Positions 11,152-22,844 of a stretch of DNA of 64,000 nucleotides are shown in pieces; position 1 is the stretch's first letter, and each line of letters opens with the position of its first letter. Both the position numbers and the translations under genes were made by a program. The notes beneath the pieces are model-generated. The model was given only the letters and a program-made list of their open reading frames with translations. It did no database searches and had not been told where the DNA came from. The DNA lies in contig NC_087436.1 of assembly GCF_036321535.1 (NCBI RefSeq), positions 110,610,001 to 110,674,000 of the forward strand. Reading direction: 5' to 3'. This stretch comes from Camelus dromedarius (taxonomy: Eukaryota).

Positions 11152-12640
11152 AACTTTCTTATAATTAGTGATATCATGGAACATTATTTCATCCTTTAAT
11201 TATTTTTTTAAGAACTACTTTATTTTGGGGGACAGTTTTAGATTTACAGAAAAATTTAGTCTAGGACACCAGTTACAGAGTATATGTGTTAGACAGCTTG
11301 ATGTTTTTCTCAGATGACTTATTCTTTGTTTTTGTTTATTCTATTCCTCCTGTTCTTCATTTTGAATAGTTTTTGTTGCTATGTTGCAAGTTCCCTGATC
11401 TTTCTTTCTGAAGTGTCTGTTTTAAGAGCTGTCAATGAAGATTTTATTTCAGATAATCTTATTTTCCATCTTTAGCATCTCCATTTGTCTTTGAAGCATT
11501 TCTCCCATGTCTTTCCTCTTTAGGTTCATGTTTCTTTAAAAGCATGAGCATATTTATAGAAGCGCCTTTAAGATCCCTGTCTACTACTCCTTTCATCGCT
11601 GTTATTTATGGGCTTATTTTTATTGTCCTAGTTTTTTCTCCAGGTTATGGGTCACAATTTCTTGTTTCTTCACGTCTCACACTTTTTGATTGGATGCCAG
11701 ACATTGCGAATTTTACATAGTTGAGTGCTAGTTTGGTGTAGTCTATGAAAGAAGTTTGAACTTATTACAGGAAGCATTTACTCTGTCTGCTTAATAATTT
11801 GCTCCTTCTGAGTATTGTTTTCAAGCTATTTTAGGGGTAATCTACAGCAGACTTACCTATAGGTGGAATTTAGTATCACTAAGCATAACTTTTCAAGGGT
11901 TTCTAATAATTGTCCCATGTATTTAATATGTTCTCCCTGTTCTGAATGTGAAAGTCAAATGATTCCCAGTCCTGTGTGAGTCTGGGACTTATTCAGTGTT
12001 CAGCTCTCAGGAAATTTTTCTTCCCTGAGAAGTTGTCTTACATCCATACTTGTGGAATTTCACCTGACACATGCACAGACTGGTACTCAAAGACTCACAA
12101 GGACTCCTGTGTGGATTTTTGGAACTCTTTCTTTGCTAAGTTCACATTTCTCCAGGAGTTTGTCCTGAAAATTCTATTCACCTAGGTCTCCCCAAACTCC
12201 AAACATCTGTCTCCTCAACTCAACAAGACCACTGTGCTCTGCTTGGGTTCCCCCTGCCCGCACTACACACTGAAAATTACCTCTGGGCAGAAAACTGGGG
12301 CATGGTAGACTTCATCTTGTACGTGTTTCTCCTCTCAGGGACCCTAACTCCTATACTGCCTGTTGGCCAGTGCCTGTAAACAGTTACGGGTTTTGTTTTT
12401 TTTTTCTCCAGTATTTCTAGTCCAAGTTTGGACCCTTACTCTCATGGATGGAGAGAGAAAGACAAAGGCAAAGACAGAGACACAGAGACAGAGAGAAGAG
12501 AATTCACTCTGAAAATGGTTTCTCAGTGGAAGTAAGCAGGAAGGCAGTTTAAATCATGTGACCAGAAGCCAAATGCATTTTGGCCACCCCAGTGAATGGA
12601 AGCATGGAGGTGGTGTGAACCCAAGAATAGACAAGACAGT

Positions 12641-12654
12641 GCGCCCCCAGCAGG
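12641..12654 (-). promoter_or_regulatory. Candidate CTCF core motif
   Basis: Reverse strand CCTGCTGGGGGCGC matches CCASYAGRKGGCRS at 12 of 14 positions. Confidence 0.45.
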
Positions 12655-13172
12655 TGCCAGCTCTGCAATGAAGCCAACACACATCAGTCTTGATTCCTAC
12701 ACTCTTGCAGTGTTATGATTTTACGAAAGGCCCCTTTGACTTACCTCAGTTAAGGAGAAGGGGAGAGGGAGGAGGAGGGAAAAACCTAAAAGGACAGAGA
12801 TAGGCCCCAAGAGACTGAGAAAAGGTCGGATAGATGGAAAATATCAAGGTTTTTGCCATTGGATGAAGGAACTCAGGTTCAGCTGTAGAAACAGGAAATC
12901 ACTCTCTCTCCCTACGGCCGCTTTATTATGAGGACATTGCAAGATCACTCATAACTACCCACTCTCCTCTGTTATCCACTGTTCCCTGACGGCTTTAGGC
13001 ATGTTCACCTTGCATTCTCAAGTGGGTTCTAAGTTTCTCAAAGACAGCGTTGTTTTTTAACATCCCACAGCATGTAGCACGGAGCTGAGGCCACAGGAGA
13101 AGTCTCACAGGTACATGGAGGCTTACCCATCTCTGCTTCAGAGTTTATGAACATCTCTCCTTCCTTCTCCAG

Positions 13173-13298
13173 TTAGAAGAGACCAACATTACTCATGAAA
13201 TTTTCCTAAGACAACCCTCATTGCCAACATTTCCTCCCATTGCCACACAACGTGTGAGACAATTGTCTCAATATTTTGTTCAGAAAATATGGTCACTG
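13173..13298. mobile_element. hAT-Blackjack-like MITE remnant
   Basis: Ends resemble degenerate tagggtgacc/ggtcacccta termini (tagaagagacca...cagaaaatatggtcactgca). Confidence 0.4.
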
Positions 13299-14199
13299 CA
13301 TTTTAAATCATTATGAGAACAAGAAATATTCAAGCTGTCGGGTCTCTTTTTTTAACTTACAACTTTGAATATAACTCCTCCATGAATTTCCCACTAGATA
13401 AGCATTGTATTATTTGTTAAGTAAAAAGAGAGAAAAGGCTGTTTAAAAACATTTTGTTTTCCAAAAAATTTTTGAAAGCAAAAAATATGCTCAATTGTGT
13501 CACGCAGCATTGATACCACACAAAATATTCTGGTTATTGGGATGAAGATGTGGCAAGCCTTATTGATAATATGATCTTATTTGAAATATATCTTTGCATT
13601 GTATTTTTTTCAACTGCATACAAAAACCATGTCAGTAAGGCCCCTCCAGGAGAAAATAAAGTGGAAAAAAAAAAACTGTATTGACAGGGGTGCTAGGTGT
13701 TGAGGGAAGAGGATGGCTCAAAGCTGCTCAATTTAGATCAGCAACAATCTGCAGGGGTTGCATAACTAATTATACTTTGAAAAATTAGTCTCTCACCGTT
13801 GGTAAGTGGACTTTAAAATAAAACTTTTAAAAGCATCTATTTTGTTGGCTTTCAGATTCATGGTCAAAGGAGGAACTAAGCAGTCTTTGGGAGTCCATGG
13901 TTGCCACAGAAACATTTACAAGTTGATCTTTCTATGCTGAGAGGTGCTTTGCATACAGGCTATCTAAGGTGAGGCAAATCCCCAAGGAACAGACTCCTGC
14001 AATGCCAATGCCAATTAAGTAGAACACTGTGGAAGAATCAGAAGAATAGGAAGGGGGTGGGAAAGGGCAGAAAAATGGTTATTGCATTATGGACAAGTTA
14101 GTTTCAGATATTTACACAAGCTGTTGTCTTAACCATGCTAAAGAGTCAGATCTGTTTTAACCCTATGGAAAGTTGATTTGCAAATTTTGGGGTCTTACG

Positions 14200-14380
14200 G
14201 ATCATCTACTGAATGTTTGCGTTGGACAACAGATGTAATCTCTCTGAGATTTAATCTCCTCACCTGCAAAATGGGGAAACTGATGCTAACTCTGCAGGTT
14301 ATTAGGAGATTTAAAAGGAAAAAATATATATAATACCTAGCATGTTTCCCAGAGTATTCAGGTACTCAAAAATTTTTAGT
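14200..14380 (+). mobile_element. MIR SINE
   Basis: taatctctctgagatttaatctcctcacctgcaaaatgggg...aggttattaggagatttaaa. Confidence 0.7.
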
Positions 14381-15654
14381 CCTTTCCATATCTCACTGGA
14401 ATCCTATAAGATTAGCTTACTTCTAGAAAAAAAAGATACATAGTTAGTCTCTATACTCTATTTTTGTTTGTAAATCTCCACTAAATAGTCATAAAACTAC
14501 TGAAATCATTTGATTTCTCTGTGGCCTGCTCACCCATTCAAATAGATGATTTAAATCAACATAAAGAGATAACGATAGCTGAGAAATAGGATGTTCTACT
14601 TAAAAAAATATCCTGTGTACCAAGGAGCAATTTTCCAAATAATTTCATACAGCCAATATATCAGTCACTAAAATATAGGTTGACTATAATTAGACCTCTT
14701 TGATGATTCAGAGGTTACTTAGTTCCTTTCAGGGCTTGGGTTTGGGAATATCTGTTTCACAGAAGAGTTGAAGTGCCAGTTAACCAGATTGGCTTGATGA
14801 GGGGGATGAAGGAGGTGACCTTATAAACTGCTTTTTGAAAATGCGTGCTCCATAAATGAGTTGCTATCTCCTCTATCAGGCAATATGTGAAACACTGAGA
14901 CAAGACAACAAATCAGGCTAGTCTGAGTCCAGGATGAGCTCATTAGAGTAGATGAGGGCAACACAAAACAATCTTAGCACAAGAAAGTTGTACGTGCAAT
15001 CACAGACAGAATCACCGAGAGAAATGGAGTCACAGAAAAGGGGTGTATTAACCTAGCTTGCAGTGGGCATTAGGAAAAGCCAGATTAGTCTCCCTAAGGC
15101 ACAGTTTGATAAACAAGATGACAACTCTGCTCAAAATTTTTCAGTTACTCCCCACACTCTAAGAATGAAGAAGATATTCTTTAGCCTGACATGGAAAGTC
15201 TGCCCCTTCACAATCAACATTTTAGATACAAGATACTCTTTCAGCCTTCTCTCCTATAACCCTTATAAAGAACTCCCATAAAGATTTTCCAAGCACACCT
15301 GATATTCTCTTGAGGAAGCACCAAGCTCCATAACATCCAGAATTTCTATGACACCAATTCCCACATTTACTAAGGGCATAAATATGATAGGACTTAGATA
15401 GAAGCAATAGCTGATCAGCAGAGGCAAGAACAGCTAATGGGAACCAATCAAGACTGTCAAGTGTCTCCATCGTTGTCTTGACCAGCTGACATGTGAATTC
15501 TCATCTTTATATCCTTTAATGGTGAAAAATATATTAGGCTGCATTAACTTATGGATATGACATTGAGACTCCCCAGCTCATTATCTTTCTCATGGTAACT
15601 CGCTCCTCAATCAATCCTGGCTGGTAATTAGGATTCCCATGTAGATGTCCCTAT

Positions 15655-16001
15655 ATTATTATGACAGACATAAAGTTATGTATTCAAACACCATTTTCTC
15701 TTTCTGATCACATAGGAAGTCTACATTTTCCAACCTCCCACAGAGTTAGAGTGAAGCAATATGAATGAGCTCTGGCCAATGGGGTGTGATAAAGATGACA
15801 TAAGTAGGCCTAACTATTTGCACATCCTCCGATATCCTCTGACCTTCCCTTCACTGTTCGTGCAACTTTGGAGGCCATAGGTTCCAGATGGCATGGCTAT
15901 AAGATGGAGGGCCACCTAACTGACACCAGACTTTGTATGAGTGAGAAACAGACACAGACAAGCCCTTATGGCAGCTAGTGTTAAGCACCCTGACTAGCAC
16001 A
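15655..16001 (+). mobile_element. Old MaLR LTR (MLT1H/I-like)
   Basis: ctacattttccaacctccc...gagctctggccaatgggg...gactttgtatgagtgagaaa...accctgactagcaca. Confidence 0.65.
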
Positions 16002-16204
16002 GTCAGTAAATGTATCTGTTCCTCACTTTAAATTTTTCTGCCTTGGTTCTTTTCTTCTGCTTCCTAGTATGCTGAATCTTCCTTCTTCTTCAAGAATTAG
16101 CTCAATCATCACCAATTTACTCAGCTTTCTGTTCTTAACATTCATTTTCCTATGACATTTATTATATGTGCCATTCATCACACATATCCTAAAGAAAAAT
16201 AGAG

Positions 16205-16439
16205 TTCTCTTTTCCAAACTATTTTACATCATGACACATATGGTAACTGAAAATATTTGTATGGCACAATAAAGTAAATAGATGAGGTTGTTTTTGAATT
16301 ATGACAACCACCCAAGGAACTTCAGCAACTCCCAGGATCTGCTCAGCTGCTCAGAAGTCAGAGAGGATTGATAACTCAAGGCATTTTTGTCTATTCACAG
16401 CATACCAATATGTTATGGTACATTGGTCGGGAAGTTGTG
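16205..16439. mobile_element. hAT-Charlie MITE (MER112-like)
   Basis: catgacacatatgg...aatatttgtatggcac...gtaaatagatgagg...cacagcatacca...ggtcgggaag. Confidence 0.55.
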
Positions 16440-17659
16440 AAAGAAAAGAAGCCTTCTCAAGCAGACTCCTACATGGTAGTACTATCTTTGAGCTGCCACC
16501 ATGCCTTAGAATCTGAGCCTACATTTTTCTTAGGCTCTTCTTTTAATGCAATATTACTACCATGTGAAGAGCATTTACTAAGTATTTATGGATCATGTGT
16601 CTCCTTAAGAAACAGCCTTCATCATTTGTAGTTAGGATATAAAAAAATTGAAGCTCAGAGAGGCTAATCTGTACATGTGCAGTTTTGCATTGGAACTCAA
16701 AATGGGTCCCAGGTCCAAAGCCATTGTCTTTATCAAGAGACTCCCCTCTACTAGCAAACCCAGAGTGACAGTACCAACCAAATGTCACAGAAGGTGATAT
16801 ATAAAGTAGAAATCCAACTTACATGTTTATAATGAGAACTATATTGCCAAACAAATCAGAATACTGATTTTAACTCCTCATTGCCTTCTCTTATCTCAAT
16901 TCTCAGAAAATAAAATCTTAGGGTCACTGAGAACTGGTTGAGATGTAATATTCTGAAGGTCTGAGTTAAACTGTAGTATAGATTTGCCTGTAAATCTCAG
17001 TACAAGGGACCAAGGTAAAAGTTAAGAAGCAGTATGTTTAAGCATGCACAATCAGATCTGAATAGTCCATCCTGTAGGAAGTTGGCAATCTAGGGCAAAG
17101 TAAAAAGAGGGAACCCTAGTAGAAAGCCAAACAGAAAGAGACCAAACAATGGTGAGGAGAAAGCATCCAAAACAGTGGACAGAACCATATATAGAATAAG
17201 TCTCAAGACAAAAGACAAGCATATGAATTGGTGGGCAAGATTTGCACAGGAATCTCTGAGAAGAGGCAGTTAAGCTCACAATCTCTTTCAGAAAAGTCAA
17301 CATGGGAACCAAAAGAATCAGCAGAGAGAGGCTTGGGGTGCATGAAATCTTAATAAATATAAAGAAAGAAGAATCTTTATGCTAGAGTCACCAAGTTAGT
17401 TTGATGTGCAGCCTTCCTAGTATAGGAAGAACTGCAACACATATCTGAATATGCAGTGATAGTAACTCGTATTTCAGTAGCATCATCTGCCAGCAATGAT
17501 AGAGCAATGTAGATGATCTGGCCCTTGGTTTCACATTTTAAGTTCCTACCTTCAGCACAGCCCCACTCTGCTTGTTCCATGAACAAAAGTGGGAAGAGAA
17601 CTTGAAAAACCATAGAATAGTCATATATTGTTTTAACCTTCTTGGCATACATTTCACCT

Positions 17660-18776
17660 TTTTCTGGGAAAGCACAGTGATTTTCCCCCTTAGGAACTGC
17701 CATCTATATAGTTAGGAAAGAACTCATCTTCTAGTTTCAGGGATGTATGATACCCCCGTGTATCCTAATCTCCTGGCCTAGGAGATGGACTCAAAGCTGG
17801 ATACCTAAACCAAGCTGAACAGTGAAAACTACATCAGGGACTGGGGATGAAATTATTGAGAATGAGACACTCTCTTTCTGACATTATGCTAGGCTGAAAG
17901 AATGTAGGTCTAGAATTGGTATGGATATCTTGCTACCATGAGAGAAAAATCTGCCTGAGAGTGAAGTAGGGAAACAACTATGAATTAAAACATTAAAAAA
18001 ACAGATTTTTTTTATTAAATTTAAGCACCTATGTTCAACAATATCTGATGTCAGTTCCCCTTGATTTTCAGTTATGTGAACAATAAAGTAGTGGAGGCTA
18101 TCAGATGCATGTGAGCAAAGACAGAAACACTCTGGTTCCTTAAGGTTGTCAGTCTTACTTTGAATCAAACCTCAGAACTATTGAGCAAGATGGCTTTGAC
18201 ATTCTTCTCAGCTTAACTAAACTTTAAGTTTCTTCTTTACTAAAGGTCCTGACTTCCTTTTTCTTAGAATATTACTTTAGAAAACTTAAAATTGTAAATT
18301 CTTCCTCTACCCCTTTGAGATATAAATCTCCTTTCAGCCTCTTGCCAGTTTTACAACCCAAGAGTATCTTTCTCAAGAATCTGGGAGCAATGCCTTTGAA
18401 ACGTAATCATCAAGAGAGATAATATCCTATTTACCAGTCTCTGCAGGAAGGTAAGAGTCTAACTTTGGTAAGTGCCAATTAGCAAACACAGATGACTTAA
18501 TCACATCAGCCAATTGTCCCTCACCAACATCATCTAGTACTTTTCTACTAACTTACCCCAGGGCTTAAAAATTCTTCCTTTCCTTTCAGTGGAGTTGAGT
18601 TCTCTCCCCTGTTGCAATAGTCTTGAATAAAGCCTGTTTTGCCTGTTTACCTCTGATGCAGTTTTTCTTTGACACTATCTTCTGTTGGGATTTATTTTTG
18701 GTAAGAAAATGCAATCCTTTATTTAAGCCAAATAAGTCAATTTTTGTGGTACTTGCTGCTAAAAATAATTGATACA
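17660..18776 (+). mobile_element. Old MaLR LTR (MLT1J/K-like) split by an ERV1 LTR
   Basis: atcttgctaccatgagagaaaaatctgcctgagagtgaag...ttttcagttatgtgaacaataaa before the insert; tttatttaagcca...ttgataca after it. Confidence 0.55.
18102..18674 (+). mobile_element. ERV1 solo LTR (MER67/MER31-like)
   Basis: tactttagaaaactt...cccctttgagat...cagcctcttgccagttttacaaccca...ttgcaatagtcttgAATAAAgcc...tttttctttgaCA. Possible 4-bp TSD CTAT (18098-18101, 18675-18678). Confidence 0.75.
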
Positions 18777-19063
18777 AAAATTATTGTTATTTTCTTCCCT
18801 AAATGATAGCAATTTTTAAAGGACTTGGAACTCTAACCTTCTGTGTAATCTCTTATTAGACTTTTTGCTTAATTCTGCTTTTATTTTCATGCCCTAGGGC
18901 TTCAGAGTAGCTTCCTATGTTGGCCTGTTTACATTATTTTGTTCGTGTGTCAGTGTTTCCCCATATCAGAGCCATATGCCATATATTTACCCTGATTACT
19001 AAGATAAAATCTTTTGCTATTACCTCAAACTCCTTTGAATTCTTGTATTGCTCCTTTATTCCC

Positions 19064-19324
19064 AAAAGAAGAGAAGGTGGAAAGGAAAGTAAAGAGGAGG
19101 GGGAGGCAAAGGAGAAGGAAGAAGTGGGGAGGAGAAAAGGAAGAGGAAGGAAGAGGATGAAGGGGAAGAAGGAGGAGGAGGAGGAGAAGGAGGAGGAGGA
19201 GGGAAAGAAGAAGAGGAGATAGAAGAGGAGGAGGAGGGAGTAGGAAAGGGAGGAGGGAGGGGAAGAGGAAAAGAAGGAGGCAGTGAAGGCAAAGAAGAAG
19301 GTATGACAAGAGAGGAAAGGAGAA
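19064..19324 (+). repeat. Polypurine low-complexity tract (GAA/GAG/GGA)
   Basis: ~260 bp, about 95% purine by my count. Confidence 0.95.
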
Positions 19325-20082
19325 TACTAATGTGTCAATACAGCAGCAATATGAACTCCCATGACTCTTACTGCAGTCAGTTCTGAGAGGAAAAAGGTGT
19401 CTTCCATTCTGAAATGAACTATGTCCTTGTGTAGAGTAAGGGGCAGATACAGGGCACTTTCTCCACGTTGGCTAAAGGCAAGGGAACTAGTGAAGCAAAA
19501 GCAAGAGGTGCCTTTGTAAATAAGCACAGATGCCTGAGGACATTACTCAGGTCGATGCTATCTGAACTTATCTTTGCTCCACACCTTGCACGTGTTGCTT
19601 TTCACATGTTCCCATTTGTAATCTTGGCCTCCCTCCTCTACTTCCTAGGTGACTGACACTTGTTCATATACAGACTTAACTTCTGGTATGTAAAAAAGTT
19701 TCACTTCTCTTCCCCAGTTTCACCTCCTAATGTGTGCCTCTGTCTTTCTTTCCCAGAGTGACTCAAAATAGCACTGTTCTTCAGAAAGGTCATGACAGAA
19801 TAAAATCTGCTTGTAGCTACTGTATTCTCTATTGATTACTGTAGGAAAAAAATCACTTTATTGATCAGAAACATAATCTCTAATACAGAGATTAAAATTG
19901 CAAAACCATCTCCCCATATAAGTATCTTATCCAAAACAAATAACTTTGGGTATAATATTTAACAGGAAGTATGTTTAAGAATTGATTTAAAGAAATGGAA
20001 TCCACCTTGGGAAGTTAAGCCCATCTCCTGTCAGCCTTTTTAGTATTAATTTATCACACATTTACAATGTGATAAGAAAGTC

Positions 20083-20506
20083 AAAAAGAGAATAAAATAC
20101 CATATGATATTACTCATATGCGGAATCTAAAAAAAAGGAGAAGAAGAAAGAAAAGAAAAGAAAAAGAAGACACTAGACACTAAGAAACTTATCTACAAAA
20201 CAGAAACAGACTCACAGACATAATAAACAAACTTATAGTTACAGGGATCAGGGGGAAGGGGATTGGAAGGGATAAATTGGGAGTTTGAGATGTACAAATA
20301 CTATCTGTTATATATATAATAAATTAAAAAATCAAATTTCGTCTGTATAGTACAGGGAACTATACTCAATATCTTACAGAAACCTATAATGAAGAAGAAT
20401 ATGAAAACAAATATATGTATGTATATGTATGATGGAAACATCATACAGTACACTAGAAACTGACACATTGTAACTGACTTTACTTCAGTAAGAAAAGAAA
20501 GGAAAA
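20083..20506 (+). mobile_element. 5'-truncated L1 3' end with 9-bp TSD AAGAAAGTC
   Basis: ataccatatgatattactcatatgcggaatctaaaa...acagaaacagactcacagacata...tgacacattgtaactgact plus an A-rich tail. TSD at 20074-20082 and 20507-20515. Confidence 0.9.
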
Positions 20507-20929
20507 AAGAAAGTCTCAGGAGACTTTTCCAGTGATGCGATCATAATTAGGATATTTTGAGAGTGATATTGGGTAAAAACCCTGGGCTTTAGCCAGGCCC
20601 TGAAGGTGAGGAAGGCAGCATAGGGGTGGGGAAGGATGGGGAGGGAAGTGTGGAAGAGCTCTGGAGAACACACAGGTCCGGAAGCAGAATGAAGTTCACA
20701 TCATAGATTTTGGATTGAACCCAGAGCTACGCTTGTCTGAAAACAGAAAAAGAAGAGAAACTCAAATACCAGGTCAGAGTCCAGATTCTTTTCTATAAAA
20801 ATTTATTAAACTCCTGCTGTGTAACAAGCTGCCTATTAGCCCCCTAAGGTTATAAAATGAATCAGTCATGGCTTCTATCTCTGGACCTCATCAGATTCCA
20901 GTAGAATGGGCTTTTCATGGTTCACAAAA

Positions 20930-21110
20930 GACTTTCATATACATTATATTTGGTTTTTTCAATATTCCTACAAGAGAGGCAGAACAGGTATTAACATATC
21001 TACTTCACAGGCAAATAAACCAAAGTACAGAGAAGTTAAATGACTTGCCAAAACTAGGAAATAGATGACTACAATCTCAGGTCTTCTGACCTCAAATCTG
21101 GTCTGCTTTT
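20930..21110 (-). mobile_element. MIR SINE
   Basis: cacaggcaaataaaccaaagtacagagaagttaaatgacttgccaaa...aggtcttctgacctcaaatct. Confidence 0.7.
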
Positions 21111-22334
21111 TGATTTTACATGATATTATCTTTAAAAACCTTCACCGCCAGAATAATGTCCCCAAAATGATAGCTTATAGCCCATCATTTGGTTAGTCCA
21201 ACATTCCAAACGTGATGTGGATGGCATTTACTCATAATGCTCATCTTACCACTAAGAGAGAAACAAGGTGATGATACCACCTTATAAGGAACAATTTATT
21301 TCCAAAGGACTCTCATAGGCATCAATTTTTGATTCTCTGATTTTATATGAGAAAGGTTCAGCATAAATTATTATCTCTGTAGTGATAATTAGGTGAAATA
21401 ACTAAGGCAAAGGGAGGACATTTTTGCCAAAAGTCACTCATTTAATTAATTACAAAGTACAAGGATTTAAGGCCTAGATATCCCAATGTTCAGTCAGTCG
21501 AATGCTCTACTGGCTAAAATTCTCTACTAAAACGAGGCAGGGAAATTCATACGGGGTGGGTGACCTGGAGCATTTAATTCTCTAAGCTTTAGTTTTTTCA
21601 TCAAATGGGGACAATATTTGTTGATTACTTAGTTACCTGAAGTTCCATTTCCCCCACTAGATTATAAGTTTTTAAGAGCTCAAATCTCACTCAGTTCTGT
21701 TTAACCCCAGAACCTAGTGAATGCCTTGTACGTAGATGGCATTCCATGCCTGAATAATGAGGTGAGCTGAACAGCACTGATACAAAATGAGGTGTATTGA
21801 ATGTTCATTTGCTTTGGGATGCTATGGTTAGAGTCCCAATAACATTACTTTAGAGGAATAAAAAATAAATTTAGGAATAGAAGGGTGAGAGTTATCTGGT
21901 TTAATAATATAATTATTATTGATTGATAATTACTAAAATACAGTGGCATAATAGAAATTCTTAAGTCTTTTAGAGTATGTGGATTTGGGTTATTTGATTT
22001 TTTGATCTTCAGTTTTTCATTTGTCAAATGAGAGATACTGTATTCCCTGAGGATCATAACAATTTAATGACCCAAGATCATATTAGCAAAATAGTTTGGA
22101 TACAGTATGATAAAATTGAATACAGCAATGAAAAATACACACAACTGGCAAAAACAGTATAAACCTCCACAATGCAGGGTTTCTTACAATGCCATATGTA
22201 TCCCATTCTTAGGCAAGAGCAAGCATCCTCAGAAGTTCAATGACTGCATGTTTTAGACTATCACAGCACAACCAGCCTCAGGTGAGTCCCACAAAGGATC
22301 TCCAAGCAAGCCACCCTATGTAACTGTCACCTCA

Positions 22335-22501
22335 GAAAGGCTGCCATCTACAAGCCGAGAAGAAAGGCTTCAGAAGAAACCAAACCTGCCAACACCTGAT
22401 CTTGGACTTCCAGATTCAAGAACTGTGGGTGAATACATTTCTGTTTTTTAAGACACCCAGTCTGTGGTATTTTGTTATGGCAGCCCCAGAAAAATAATGC
22501 A
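22335..22501 (+). mobile_element. MLT1A/B MaLR LTR 3' portion
   Basis: gccatctacaagccgag...acctgatcttggacttccag...cccagtctgtggtattttgttatggcagccc. Confidence 0.8.
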
Positions 22502-22844
22502 CTAGTGTATCCACTTCTGTGTGTATTTGAAATGGAAATTCTCTATAGCAAAAAAATAATTTTTAAAGAAGATTCTCTAAGGAATAAAGCCAACTGCAAA
22601 ATAAGAATCAACAGAATGCAGTAATCCAGTCATAAAGAACAGTCAAATGTGCTTACACATATCCAAGAAATTAATCATCTGAGTTATAAATAATTAGTTC
22701 ATTTATGTCATTATTATTATTATTGTTTAGATTTCTCATATAAATGATGTCATATGGCATTTTTCTTTCTCTTTGGAACTGTAAGAATTCTACTGAATAA
22801 AACTGAAAAAGGGAAAAATTTTTTTTAAAAATTCTCTATACCTT

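Larger units (their letters stand above)
8275..12440 (-). mobile_element. Old L1 (L1M) ORF2 to 5' region, fragmented by later insertions
   Basis: Reverse-strand L1 ORF2 text resumes across each insertion (8275-8400, 8610-8685, 9436-9472, 9863-10473, 11161-11200). An ORF1/5'UTR-like segment follows at ~11270-12440. Confidence 0.7.

Noticed and set aside
10775..11152. 125-aa ORF (and 7513-7946) as a host protein-coding gene
   Set aside because: It is the C-terminus of L1 ORF2 in 5'-truncated retrotransposon copies.
13255..13270. 16-bp perfect palindrome TGAGACAATTGTCTCA
   Set aside because: About one such palindrome is expected by chance in 64 kb, and it lies in a probable MITE remnant.
18917..19309. 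Glu/Lys-rich, Leu-rich (signal-peptide-like) and Pro/Ser-rich ORFs
   Set aside because: Translation artefacts of the polypurine low-complexity tract.
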